A stretch of DNA of 64,000 nt from Oikopleura dioica (Eukaryota > Animalia > Chordata), in contig OU015567.1 in assembly GCA_907165135.1 (NCBI GenBank), positions 15,004,001-15,068,000 on the forward strand, written 5' to 3'. Shown piece after piece: positions 22,203 to 35,001 of the stretch. Every line of letters starts with the position of its first letter. The stretch's first letter is position 1. A program made the translations under genes and the position numbers. The notes beneath the pieces are model-generated. The model saw nothing but the letters and a program-made list of their open reading frames with translations. It searched no databases and was not told the origin of the DNA.

Positions 22203-24924
22203 CTATGCGGAGATGCCTTCTGCGCGCGCTTCGGTTTCGTAAACCAGTAATCTCCATAGTTTTATAACGAACACTTCGGCTTCTTCATCTAAAAGAGAAG
22301 GCTTATCGCTAGCTTGAGAATTTTTTCTTACCTAGAACGACTTGAATTTCGCTTAAAATTTGCTCGGGTTTAGATTCGCTGGATAACTTGTCTGTAATGA
22401 ATGTGATTAAGGTTGGTTCATCTTCTCCGATAATTTCGTTGAGCTTCTTCTTTACCCACGGGCTGATTCGTTTCTGAAGGACTCAATTAGTTTTCAGTCG
22501 AATAGAACATCCTCTCACCTCCATTAGTTCTTTTCCAAGGTATTCCCATTTCATCGGATATGCAAATAGCGGACCTTTGTCAGTCGGTATTCTTTCGATT
22601 AGTGCCTAAATGTACAAAATAAACGATGGTTGTCAACCGCGATCGACTCACCTTGACAGCGCGACGTTTCTCGTCCGCACTCATGATTTCACGGGGCTTG
22701 GGTGTCTCTCGCTTGCGTTTCCTAGCTCCTGGCAGTGATGGATCTTCGCTAGGCTCTTCCTCGTTGAAAATGGAAGGAACGTTTCGGCTGTTCTTCTTGC
22801 GCGCGGTCGGACTGTCTGATGCTTTTGGAATTGAAAGTGCTAGAAAAAGTATTTGAAAGAAGTTTCTATAAATGAAGTCGTACCAGGAAGGGAGATCGGA
22901 GGAGCCTCTGGCGGTGCTGGATTGTCTCCAAGGTCCATTTCAACGCCATCTTCGTCGTCTTCATCGCTTGTGTGGTGAACTGGCTTTTCAGGCTCATTAT
23001 TTTTCATAATCTATGAAGGTGTTTAATTAAAACTTGCTTGGCGATTATTCCGATACCTGAGAAACGAGTGGTTCATCATCAGATTCTCGCCCGGACTCGT
23101 CCGATGATTCTTCTGACTCCTCTGCATCGGTGGATGAAGTCGAATCACGTCGTTTACCCTTTTTTATCCTAAAGAAAAGTTATTTTGATCTCAAAGTGGA
23201 TAGTTGTCTCGTACCTAACATCAGGTTTGATGAATGGCTGCCAGACTTCCTCTGCTTCTTTGATGACTTTGGCGATGGCTCCATTCGGATCTAAACGAAA
23301 GGGAATGAAAAGAAATGGTCATAAGTAATTACCTGGATGGCCTTCTCCTGCGAGCTTTTCATGAAGAAGGGAAATCTCGCCTTCCTCTTTCTTCTTGTCT
23401 TTTGCATCATCTTCGATCTCTCGCTTTCGCGATTCTTGCCGCTTACTGAAGGCAGAGCCCGATCCGAAGTAGAACTTTCTGTCGTCTTTTTCGTCATTAT
23501 AGCTTTCGAGGAAATCTCGGAGCCGTCGCGCCTCTTTGGCCATTTGTTTTCTTCTTTCATTATCTCTGTATTCAATTCGATCCCATTCGCGTGCTTTTCG
23601 TCGTTCTCGAGCTTCCCAGACTTGAAGTCGTTCTTGATAAGCCGAGTGTTTCTCCTTCATCTTACGCTCTAGTCGTCGCCGCTCGAGCATTTCGTCTTCT
23701 TCTTTTCTTCTTTCGAGTGATCTTCTTCTGCGTTCTCGCTCCCTCGATCGTTCTCTTGAATTGTCCCGCGTTCTTTCTCGATTTCTTGATCTAGAACGTC
23801 TAGGTCTGCTCCTTTCCTTGCTTCTACTTCGTTTTCTGGTGCGAGCGCTCTTAGAACGAGATCGCGAGCGTTTTCTTTGCGAAGCTTCTCGACTTTTCGA
23901 TCGTTTTTTCGGCGACTTCGACCGTTCATCTTTTCTTTCGTCCGTTTTCTTGGGCTCGTCAGGCTTTTCGGACTTCTCTTTTTCGCCTGATTCCGGCTTC
24001 TTTTCTTCCTTTTTCTCCTTTTCAGGTTCTTTTTGTTCTTCCTTAGAAGCAGGAGGTGGGATATCAGCTTGGTACTCCTTGAGAAGCGCCTTTATTTCGC
24101 TTCGAACCTTGAAAAAAGGTGTGATATGCTGACGCAAAAGCTATCATCTTACTTGTTCGTCCTTTTCTCTAATCTGGGGCGAAATGACGTCCATTCCATC
24201 AGAATCCTTTTTGAGACCAACAGTAATCTTCCAGTTTTCGATGACATTTTGCGCCTGGTCATCTACTTTTATCTTTTGTGGGGATATGTCTTGTAAACCT
24301 GCTACTGTTGTTTCTGTTTTTAGAAATTTAGTCAATTGTACCTTGATACAAGTCAAGCCCGTCCCAGAAGCTGTTTCCCGCAGACAGCAAGTCCTTGGAG
24401 GAGTCGAAGTGATCGCAGAGCGGAGTCGGGCTCTTTATACTCGCAGAAGCCGAATCCTTGTTTGAAAGAAAAAAATGAGCACTTCGGCCAGGTTCGAAAT
24501 TTTTACCTTGGAGTTTGCCATTAGTGCCCTGGACTCGCTTCCAGTTGGTGACAGGGCCGACTTTCATCAAAATTTGCCTAACAAGAGTGTCGGTAACATC
24601 TTCGGCAATATTTCCAACAAAGACGGTCACTGGTGGCCCGTCGAACTGATAGTAAGCTTGGCTTACCCGAGGCTGCATAGCTTGCATCGTAGGCATCGCT
24701 AGAGTTTGCATCCTAATTGGCATCATAGGCTTCGTTATGGTCCCCTAGGTAGTCTATTTTTTACATTGGTGAAATAACTAAAATTATTGCTAAATTTTAC
24801 GCTTTATTGCGGACAGTTCCTGCATCATCGGAATCATTTGCACCGTCGGTTGTGCAACAATCTGTGGAAAGGCTTGTGGAATCCCTCCGACGCCGGATAC
24901 AGGGACCCCATTTTGAAACACCAT
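22203..24924 (-). CDS. RBM25: RNA-binding protein 25 (RRM, RE/RS-rich region, PWI domain)
   Basis: TVFVGNIAE..KVGPVTNWKRVQGTNGKLQGFGFCEY; YQERLQVWEARERRK; PWVKKKLNEIIGEDEPTL..DEEAEVFVIKLWRLLVYET. Start at 24924 requires a GA-AG intron at 24745-24819. Confidence 0.93.
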
Positions 24925-25000
24925 TCTGAAACGTAATTATAATTATTTCCTCTTCATAAATCTTGGGTACAGGAAGTGCGAAGCAAGGAGAAAAGGTGAG

Positions 25001-25672
25001 ATGGTTGACACGAATCTTATAGATTGCTGCTTCGAGATTCATGATCCTGATTGCAAGACTAAAAAATGCCAGGAGCACAGAGAAAAAGTAAGGAAAGCCG
25101 TGGAAAAAAGCAAATCAAGGCGGAGAAGAAGGAGAGTTCTTGAGCCAATAATAGCGGCATGCGATTGTACAGGTACTGAATAAATGGCCATATCAAATTT
25201 TAAGCAAATAATCGCCAATTATTTATGGGTTCGAAAAAGTGATTTACTATTGCTCAATGATTTTGAAAGACTTTGGCGTAATTCGTTGTCGCTTTACTCT
25301 ATTGAGCTAGAAGTGCTTCACAAAAGGGCATAGATCGCTAGTTGTTAAAAATGGGAGTGACTCAGCAGATCGATGAACTCGTCGAGTATCCCACCGAAAC
25401 AATTTTTATAGAGCAATAAATCCAGCAGATCGTTAATTAAATCAGGAAGTTGGTCTACTAAGAAGAAATTTAAACTATTTTACTTTAATAAGTCGGTAAG
25501 TACGTCTGATATTCATGTGTCTTATATACAGGGGAATTCGTTGAATATTTCAACAAAGAAAAAGAGTCTTCCAGAAGAAAGTGGAATTATAACGGACAAT
25601 GTGGCAAAAAAACTCCTCGGTATAAATGAGACAGCCCGCACGGACTGCCTCTCGACCCTCCCCCAGAGATAA
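25001..25672 (+). CDS. Possible small Cys/basic protein (hypothetical)
   Basis: [23 protein letters not shown]..; phase-consistent GT-AG joins to short exons near 25448-25496 and 25532-25672. No homology recognised. Confidence 0.3.
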
Positions 25673-25796
25673 ATTTGCTTTTTTCGGCAAACAAAAACAG
25701 TGCCTCCGAACACTCGTCGGCATTTTCCAGAAGGACGAGCCTTCACTTTGTTGTTTTCAAGAGAATCAGACAAGAGACTACATCCAAATTTCAGGC

Positions 25797-28700
25797 ATGG
25801 ACGTTTTCCAAGAATCCCTCAAATACCATGCTGCCGAGCCCGCCGGTAAATTCTCCGTGGAGCCAACGAAGCCGATGAATTCACAGAAAGATCTTTCGCT
25901 GGCCTACTCTCCTGGTGTCGCTCAGCTGGGCTCCAAAACCCATTTTGGAAAGATGGGAAAAGATGGGAAAAAGATGGGAAATGATGGGTTTTGAGGAAAA
26001 AACCAGACCCATCTTTTCCTTGAAAGATGGAAAATGATGGGAAATGCTTACAATTAGAAAAATGATGGGAAATGATGGTTTTTTTGGTAAAAAGATGGGT
26101 TTTTTTTTAATATAAACTTCTTATCTAGAGTTAGGCCAATCTTTAACTTCATGTTTTTCTCTAGAGTCAACTGAGATTATTATTGATTTTCAATAAATTT
26201 CCATTTAGCTACTTAGAGAATGGCTCTGCCAGCAAAACGGAAATATGATAGATCAGATCCACCAGTTTTAATTCCTTTCTTATATGGAAGAGAAGAAGGA
26301 ACCTGGCTACCCTTGTCAACACCCGGCAGCAAGCGAGCGCAAGCTGAATTCGCTCCATATTGCTCGTTTGAGGAGTTAATTTACAACGATGAAAGGACAA
26401 GATACGCTCGTTGTATTGACTCGAACTGCAGAAAACAATGTACGAAACCGGTAAATTACAAAAATATCGTCAAAACACTAACATTTTAAAAGTTTTTTTA
26501 TACAAAAGGTGAAAACGCAAATTACCTTCAAAAGAAATTTGTGGCGCATATGGACGAAAGCCCTCTCGCAAAACGAATTATTATTGTTCGACCACCAGAA
26601 AACTCACAAGCTATTCGTCAATTTTTTCGTCAGAACAAATTCTCGGATGAGGAAGTAAAGCAACTACGAAAACTTCAATGTGAAATGATCGCGAGTGGGA
26701 CTGTTCCCATATATTTCTTTTCAACACCCCAAATGGCAAATTTCATGGCAAAATACACGGAGCTCACCACGAGAAGCGCGAACACATTCGCCGATCAAGT
26801 AAAATCAAGCGACGTTACTCTAAAAAAATTGGCGAAGGATGAAGATCAGTGCATAAAAGTCCTAATCCGCGGAAATATTGATTTTATTGAAAATTCGGCG
26901 GAGTTTTGCCTTCTTCTCGACCACCAGTTTAATAGATCGCCGAAAGAATCGCATAGAGGAAATAAAAGGCTCGGCCTTGCGATGCAGCACACAAACACTG
27001 AGCTAGTGACTTCAAAGATTCTCCTGACTTACAAGCCAATGTTCTCATCAGGAAAAGATGCGAACGTTCCTGAAATTGAGAGAATACTGGAGGTAAGAGA
27101 CCTTATTTTCAATCGGAGATTTCGATGATATACCCTTAATCTGGGCTCGGAAACCTGGGTAGAAAACCTGAGTCAGGGTCTGAAAGAGCAAAAATGAAAA
27201 GCCGCGTAGCGGCTTTTTTAAAAACGAAGCCGCGAAGCGGCTTTTAATTTTTGCTCTTTCAGACCCTGACTCAGGTTTTCTTCTCAGGTTCTCGAGCCCA
27301 GCCCTTAATCTTACGACTTATTAAATAATTTAAGGGGTATGGACTACTAAATGGGGTCCGAAGAGGAAACATTCCAGTTTGCTGCGACATGGCAGCTCTC
27401 GCAATCGCCAAAAAATTATCGCCACAAAACTACAACGGTTGTTTCTCACATCATATCTCCAACTTTGTCGAGTTAATTCTGACGAACCTCGCCGAAAGAA
27501 CAAAGATTCACTGGCTAAACGCCAAAGACGAAATCGAAAAATTTGAAAACCTCGTTCAAGGGTCGAACGAGCTCAAATACGAGTCCCGAAACGCCTACTT
27601 ACGTCGGACCCAGCTTGACGAAGTCGACAAAACAGCTCTTGCCCAAATACTTGTGGAGTGCGAAATTGACTCACGTTACCTGTCAGCCAACGAGATCAAA
27701 AAGAAGGCAGAGAAGAAGAAAGCTATACTCAAGTATTATCCGACCATAGAAAAATGCGAAAAGAGTACGCGGTTCCGAAAATATGTCAAATCGCTTATAG
27801 TAAGTCAATATTTGACCGCAACCTATTTTATTTTTTAAATTTAGAATCTCAAAATAGCAAACAAGCCTATGGTCGCTCTTGAGGCCAACACACATCCGCA
27901 ATCGCACCTCGCTCTCGATCATCAGATGAACACAGTCTTTCTCGATGCGCTGATGCCATTTCTTGTCCGATTAGCACAAATGATTTCTCTAGCTGAGTCA
28001 GAAAACGTCGGAAGTGGTTTCGCACTGCGAGAATACGAGCTTTTCGGTGCAATCAGTGCTCGTTCATATTACGGAAGCGTCGGATGCCGAAAAGATATTG
28101 CGTAAGTAACTGAATACTCGACAAGAATAAAAAATATTTAAGGCGCTCTTGTTTACAATCTGTTATCGAGCATTTGTTCGGTTACTGGGTGACAAACTCT
28201 GGCGAAAAGCAAAAATCAACGATACCGAAGCGAATTCACGATAAAGAGATTGCTCAATATTATCTCTATCTTGAGACACATTTTTTAAACTTAGAGGTAA
28301 ATTAAGATTCCAAAAAAAATAACTCATAATGTAATAAGATTTTTACGGACGAATTGGATAAAAGCAAGTCCGATCCTATGATTTCTACAATGCTGAAGCT
28401 TATCGGAACCGAAACTGAATCATGGAAACAAACAGCGCACAACTATATTATCAGTTTGTCAAAATCGGTGTCGAAGCAAACTGGCAGTGCTTCTCAAGAA
28501 AGTACTCCTTCTCAAGAATGTACTCCTTCCCAAGAAAGTACTCCTTCCCAAGAATGTAATCCTTCCCAAGAATGTTCTCCTTCCCAAGAACAAATCAACG
28601 AGGTGACAAAAGGATTTCGCTCAAAGCTCTGGGCGAAAAAAGCTCAGAAGAAAAAATCGCCATCCAAAGAAAAAACCATCGAGGATGAGTTGGCCTTATA

Positions 28701-30818
28701 TGATGATCTTGATGTCGATGATTTAGAAATATGTAAGCTCAAATTTTCATTCTTAAAATTAACCGAAGTATAGTCGAGGAAAGAATGAAGGCAAAGAAGA
28801 TTCCAAAACATAACTGGCCTTATTACTTTTCAGCACAGCTGCCTGAGACGATGCCAAAACTAAAATTCGTTTCCAAACTGGTGACAAATATGTTTAAGTG
28901 TTTTAGTAACATTTTTGTAGCTCTATCTTGGGTCTAGACAGTCCTCATCTTTACTCGAAAGAATTTTCTCCCGGACTTCCAAATTCAACACGGACGATCA
29001 GCGACAAAGTCTGCTTGTGGAGACAATCGAGTCATTTACGAAATTTGGGTTCAACGAGGATGCCACAAAAATTTTCAAGACATAATTTTACTTTATATTT
29101 TTATACTTACAAAGCATATTTTTTCAAATAAAAACCCATCATTTTCCATCTTTCGATGGATTTTCCCATCATTTCCCATCTTTTGAAAACCCATCATTTC
29201 CAGACCCATCTTTTGTTTTCGGACTGGGTTTTGGAGCCCAGTCGCTCAGCCTTGCCTAGAGATCAACAAAGGAAATGGTCAAAGAATATTGAATAAAAAT
29301 CTTCATTCAAATCAGAAAAAAATGCATATTCTGAGTTCATCTTGGCAAGAAGCCAGAGCAAGGCCTCGCGCGAATATTCGATTTTGAAATAATGACCTCG
29401 CTGCGTGAGGTCATCTTTACAAAGTCAATATTACATCGTTTCTTGAGCGCGTTGCGCTAGTTCTACAGAATTTTATGACCCCTGAAAAGATCCAGCAAAG
29501 GCATATGAATACACTAACAAAGGAAACTTGGTTGCTGTTATTTCCAATGGAACAGCTGTCCTTGGTCTTGGAAACATCGGCGCATTGGCTTCAAAACCTG
29601 TTATGGAGGGCAAGGCTGTTCTGTTTAAAAAATTCGCCAAAGTCAATGCAATTGACATTGAAGTCGACACTGCTGATCCAGAAGAGCTCATTCGAACGGT
29701 CAAGCTCCTCGAGCCCTCTTTTGGAGGCGTCAACCTTGAAGGTTAAGCAGCACTTGCTCTTGACGTCATAACAGTTTGTTGATTTAGATATCAAAGGACC
29801 CGATTGCTTCAGAGTTGAGGAAGAATGCAAGAAGCAAATGAACATCCCAGTATTTCATGATGATCAACACGGTACCGCCATCATCTGCTTGGCTGGTATC
29901 ATCAACGTACTAGAAATCAAACAGATGAAAATCCAGGTTGATCAATAAACGATTCACTAAAATTTATACCCGATTTAAGGACGCTAAGATTGTCATGGTC
30001 GGAGCTGGAGCAGCTGGCATCGCTTGTATGGAAATGGTCAAAAACTACGGAGCGGACGCTAAAAAATGTTACATGCTTGATACCCGAGGTAATCAAGAAA
30101 GTCATGCCAAAGAAATTAATTTCTTCTAGGTGTTATTTACAAGGGACGAGCTGCGGGTATGAACGAGTACAAAGAAAGACACGCCATTGAGACCGACGCT
30201 CGAACGCTTGAGGACGCTATCAAGGGAGCGGATATCTTTATTGGAGTTTCATCCCCCGAGCTTCTTACTAACGAAATGCTTCTTTCTATGAACGAAAAAC
30301 CTGTTGTCTTCGGTAAATATAAACGAGATCTGAGCAATTTATAATGAATTTTAGCGATGGCAAATCCAAACCCCGAAATCACTCCCGACCGCGCTCACTC
30401 CGTAAGAGACGATTGCTTCGTGGCTACTGGCCGCTCTGACTACCCAAATCAAATCAACAACGTCATGTGTTTCCCATTCCTTTTCCGAGGCGCTCTTGAT
30501 GTTCAGGCTACGTACGTATTATCAATATTAATAAAAATTACTCTCCCTTTCAGCGAGATTAACGAGGCCATGAAAATCGCCTGTGCCGATGCCCTAGCAA
30601 AGCTGGCCAAGGAGCCCGTTCCAGACTCCGTCAAATCCGCATTCCCCGCTGAGAAGTCTTTTGAATTCGGCCGAGAATACCTCGTACCAACTCCTTTTGA
30701 CCCAAGACTGTTGACACACATTTCGATGGCCGCCGCCAAAGCCGCTTGTGATTCCGGAGTCGCAAGAAAACCAATTACCGACTGGGCTGCCTATGAAAAA
30801 CAACTGCAATCTATGTAA
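25797..30818 (+). CDS. Prokaryotic-type (MaeB-like) malic enzyme without PTA domain; 6 introns; exon 1 interrupted by a hAT transposon
   Basis: [35 protein letters not shown]|[66 protein letters not shown]. Introns 29272-29489 (GA-AG), 29742-29787, 29937-29979, 30089-30129, 30313-30354, 30512-30553. Confidence 0.93.
26220..29085 (+). CDS. Intron-containing hAT transposase (possibly one frameshift near 26545)
   Basis: N-terminal CxxxxC (BED-like), CCDMAAL, CFSHH (CxxH motif), DSRYLS, and C-terminal [24 protein letters not shown] hAT dimerisation-type motif. Confidence 0.8.
27141..27301. mobile_element. 161-bp palindromic hAT MITE in a transposase intron
   Basis: CTGGGCTCG...CGAGCCCAG ends; 8-bp TSD CCCTTAAT (27133-27140, 27302-27309); lies within the intron starting GTAAG near 27093. 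Confidence 0.93.
28492..28590 (+). repeat. 18-bp tandem repeat, 5.5 copies, encoding (SQE[S/C][T/N/S]P)n in the transposase
   Basis: TCTCAAGAAAGTACTCCT-like unit repeated in frame. Confidence 0.9.
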
Positions 30819-31223
30819 AAACAGAACAGTTCTTTGTAATAAAACACACTCAAAATAATAAATTTGTGATTAAATTAACGGGCCAGTGCCGCATTATCGA
30901 CCCACTGAAGCTATGCCCGTCTGATTTGGACACTCCGTCCCGAGAGAGTATTTCAGCATAGATCGATTTTTACAGAAAACTGCCAGCTCAACTCCTAAAG
31001 TTGTTCATAAGAAGGGGCTGATTTATTTCTGCAAGTGACAACCCTCGTTGATCAATAGTCACATTTTCGAATTAGGGAAACCGTTTCCTTGTTTAGGCTT
31101 TTCACAAAGACCCCTCACGTGAACCCCGACAGAATAGATCGACCCCATTGAAGACGCGAAATAAATTAGGAGCTTCACGTGGAGTTGAGTGCTCGGTTTC
31201 AGAGAAAGCAGACTCAGCAAAAG

Positions 31224-31512
31224 ATGCAAAAGTGCCCGACTTGCCAAAAGACAGTGTATTTTGCGGAGAGAGTTAGGAGCATCGGTCAGGATTGGCACAA
31301 GCTTTGCCTCAAATGCGTCAATTGCAACAAGCTTCTAGGTCAGTACTTTTCGAATTAATTATAAACATAATGATTATACAGTCGCCGGAAAGCATGCCGA
31401 ACACGACGGAAAACCTTACTGTGATGTCCCTTGCTACGCTGGCCTTTTCGGACCAAGAGGCTTCGGAAGAGGACGTTGTGAATCCCATGTTTATGACTTT
31501 CAGAATAAATAA
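31224..31512 (+). CDS. CRIP1: Cysteine-rich protein 1-like single LIM protein (2 exons)
   Basis: [38 protein letters not shown]|[31 protein letters not shown]; intron 31339-31381. Missing from the ORF track. Confidence 0.92.
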
Positions 31513-31642
31513 ATAGACAAGAAACTAGGAAACTTAGTATAATATTATGTTGATGTATTTTTTCAATGGCAAAAATGTTTTTCAATAATAAGAAGCTCAT
31601 AAAAATGAGTTCGAGGGAACTATGAGAATTGAAGGCAGATGG

Positions 31643-34135
31643 TTAGCGGCGATTGAGTGAAGAGTTGAAGGCGAGCGAAGCCGCAGTGATCGAGCTAGGA
31701 TCGACTGTAATTTAAAAAAATATGAAAGGAGATACTTTTGAGTACGAGCGTATCCACGGCCACGACCGCCAGAGCTGGTGGCAAGGCTTGAGCCGCGTCC
31801 GCGAGTGGTAGCATTATTTGGGCCAATGGCTGACCCTCGTCCACGGCGACCTCGAGCTGGCCGGTTGCCGAGATTGAAAAAGGAGGAATCGCCAGTCTGG
31901 CGAGCCTCTTGAGGATTAAATCGGTTCTGAGGATTAGTCGGCAGTTGTTGATTTTGAGCACTAGATGGAGCGCCGCCGAAATTGGAGCGGTAGTTTTGAT
32001 TGAAGTTCTGGTGCTGGGAAACTGGTGGTTGGGCTTGTGGAATTGATCGACGATAGGTAGATGGATGGCGTCCTAGAATAAAAGATTGAAAGTTATCAGA
32101 AGAATATTGGTACCTTCGCTGTAGTTTTGACCTGCTTCAATCGATCGGTTTTGCTGCATGTTAGGTTCTGGCAGCGTAACGTTGCTGTTCCCGAATTCGG
32201 AGCGCTCATCGACTTCAGATTCAGGCATTTGTGGCTGAGGAGTCGGAGCTGGCCGAGGTGCGTTGTAGTAGTTGATCAGAGATCCTCTTTTAGGAGCAGG
32301 CTGATTTCGGACGACTTCTGGAAGTTGACCAGTCGCTGTCTGACGGATTGAACTTTCGCCGAACTCGCTTCGTTCATCGTTACTTTTCAACTTTGTGTCT
32401 CGAGAAATAAGGCCGTGAGATACTTGTACTCGAGAACTTGCGTGAATTCGTGATCCTCGATTGCGCATTCGTCCCCGAGAGCTACGGCGAGATGCAGCTG
32501 AGACACTAGACTGAAGGCGGACATTGGACATGTCCCTAACGACTTCTGTTAGGACCGAAGAGTTTTCGGATCGAGGCAATCCCATCGATCGCATTGGATT
32601 TTCCTGGATTGGCATGCGTTTATTCTCCTTCTCTATCGCAACGGGAGGGTCTTCATCTTCTTCGTTGATGATTTCCGAAGGGAACTCTTGATCTCTGTAC
32701 CTTGTTCTCCGAACGTTTGAACCAGAACCCCAGCTTCCGAAGTCGACCCATTTTTTGATAAGTTCGTCTCTCTTGGCATCTTCAACAGCAGCATTAAGAG
32801 TGTCAGAGTTCAAAATCCCGCTAAAGTTCTGTTCGTGAGCAGACCAATCATTTTCATAAGTTCGTGATTCCAAGTCTTGTTGATGGACGGGTAAAGTACT
32901 GAACCGGGAGATACTTTCTCCGTCGGAGTCCCCTTCGTCAGAGGATTCATTCCAACGGTTATGATTCCTTTTTTTGACTTGGATGCATTGATCCTCTTCG
33001 TTAAGTTCGAACCAGTCCTTACAATCGTTGCTATAGTACATAGCGCGGACGAAATCGAAGTCAATGAAGCCGGGGTACTCATTGCACTGAGTTTTAGTTA
33101 GAGGAGTTATATAATTGAAACGAAAAACTCACCAGCCAAGTGATGGACGTGGAGCTCACTTTATGTTCAACCATTCGCAGGTGGAGTCGGTCCATGATCA
33201 GCTTTAGCAGCTGATCAGAATAGAATCGCCGCGCAACCTGTGTTTCTAACTCCGGGTCGTTATTCTCGAAGGTCCGGATAAGATATCGAGCAAAGCAACC
33301 ATGTTCCCGCATTATCTAATGAAATATAAATTGAAACCCACATGCCACTGTAAGACTTACCCGCTCACCAAGTGGTTGCTTGTATTTGCCCCGTTCAAAT
33401 CGGGAGTCCCACCAGTATTTGCCGACAGTTTTCATCAGATCAGCACTGCGAAGAGCGTAGAGAAACTTGCGCCCTTTTTCTGGGAGGATTTGCTCGAAGT
33501 CTTCGATAGGCTCTTGCCAAGGAACATTTCGATACTTGAACCAGGTTTCTGGGTTCAGTCGCCTAAAAATGTTATACAGGTGAAGTGTGGCAGTGGCTTA
33601 CGTGATTTTATCGCCGTCATCGTTTACTCGCTGAATCTTGTAATATCGAATGCGTTTGGTCGTCATTCCTCGGCGAAGACTCTTCTGATTGTTTTCGAAG
33701 CAGTACCGCAACAGTTCGTCGGCTTCGGTATTCTTCTCAATCTTTTCGTGATAGCTAGCGGGCTTCACCAAAGAAGAGCAGATTTTATAAATCTCGTCGA
33801 AAGAGAAAACCAACCACATTGATGCTTCCAAGTGGATTTTGCCGGCTTCCGCGATCTGGCTGATTCGAGCGTTGTCCATTTGGAATCGGTTGACTATATG
33901 GCAGTTAAAATTAACGATTAAAATGTATATTCCTACAAATAATGTGGGCCGCAAGGCGGATGGATGCTTCCTTAGTATCTGAACGGGAGCACACTCGCCA
34001 CATGACCATCTCAAACAAGTCGAGAAGGCAGTCGTCAAGATATTCATCTTCGAGTAAGCGAAGACCACCATACATTGCCTGAATCGCTTCCAACTCTGGA
34101 AGCTCAAGCTGCTCCCAGGTCGGGAGATCGTCCAT
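31643..34135 (-). CDS. Hypothetical protein with RWD-like N-terminus and disordered RG-rich C-terminus
   Basis: CAG acceptor before ATG 34135; EQLELPELEAIQAMY resembles an RWD first helix; GT-AG exons run through the 32073-33041 ORF to RGRRGRG-rich exons and stop at 31643. Confidence 0.6.
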
Positions 34136-35001
34136 TATCTTAACTGACAGGAGCGTAAAATTTATGCTAGTAAAGTCATAAGTGTGAGCAAAATGCATGT
34201 ATTTTGCTGAACTTTGGAGCCTTTAGAAAGGTTAGAACTAGTGGAAATTAAATAAATGTGTGAAGGAAATAGGCCCATTGAATATGAAGTCTTTTGGCGT
34301 TCGAAGAGAGGGTTGAACAACAGTAGTTTATACAGTTATAGTAAGTGAGAAGAACCCTCGAGCAAAAAAAATTAAATGGGCATCAAGATAAACATATAAA
34401 ACAAAGCACAAAATATCAGAAATAAATGCTGTTTTTGAACAGTTCTAGCAGAAATCGATAAATATCAGCGCACCTTTACAACTATTACTGCGATAATGCA
34501 AAAAGAGGATTGTTTTTCGTCTCGGGCTATGAACAAACGAGTGGTTTGGAGTAGATTGTAAGGCAGCTGTGGTACTACTCTGGCAAAGAGTTTACTATCG
34601 CCAGGATTGATAGGCGTGCACTACTGTCAACAGTAAATACGACTATAATTGAACATTCAGGAGAATAGTAAAATGGCACGCAGGGAGAACGATCCTGCTC
34701 TGGTTTTTTTTACGAATAAGCGAATTCAGAAGCTACAGGGAGCGTCTGTTGAAGTGTATGTACAGTCATGAGTGAGCACTGAAGCAAATATGCACGATAA
34801 TATGTAATAATATGGACAAGAAGCTTACCAGTAGATAACTGTGGAGTAAAAATAATAAATGAAAAGCGCTCTGGTGAAGAGAGAAAGAGAAGATAAATAT
34901 AAAGGACGATTGAACTGGAGAAGCGGCACTTTTTCTAGGAAAAAGCTTTGTTACATAAATTCAGTTGTTTCCGTACGGCTAGGAGTTGTTTTGCAAGCAT
35001 A

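Larger units (their letters stand above)
25926..29241 (+). mobile_element. Full-length hAT DNA transposon (3316 bp)
   Basis: Perfect 17-bp TIR CTGGGCTCCAAAACCCA; 8-bp TSD TCGCTCAG (25918-25925, 29242-29249); subterminal GATGGGAAA-type repeats at both ends; internal transposase. Confidence 0.97.

Noticed and set aside
25797-30818. Bacterial contamination explaining the MaeB-like gene
   Set aside because: It has six host-type spliceosomal introns and a eukaryotic hAT insertion, and is contiguous with animal genes.
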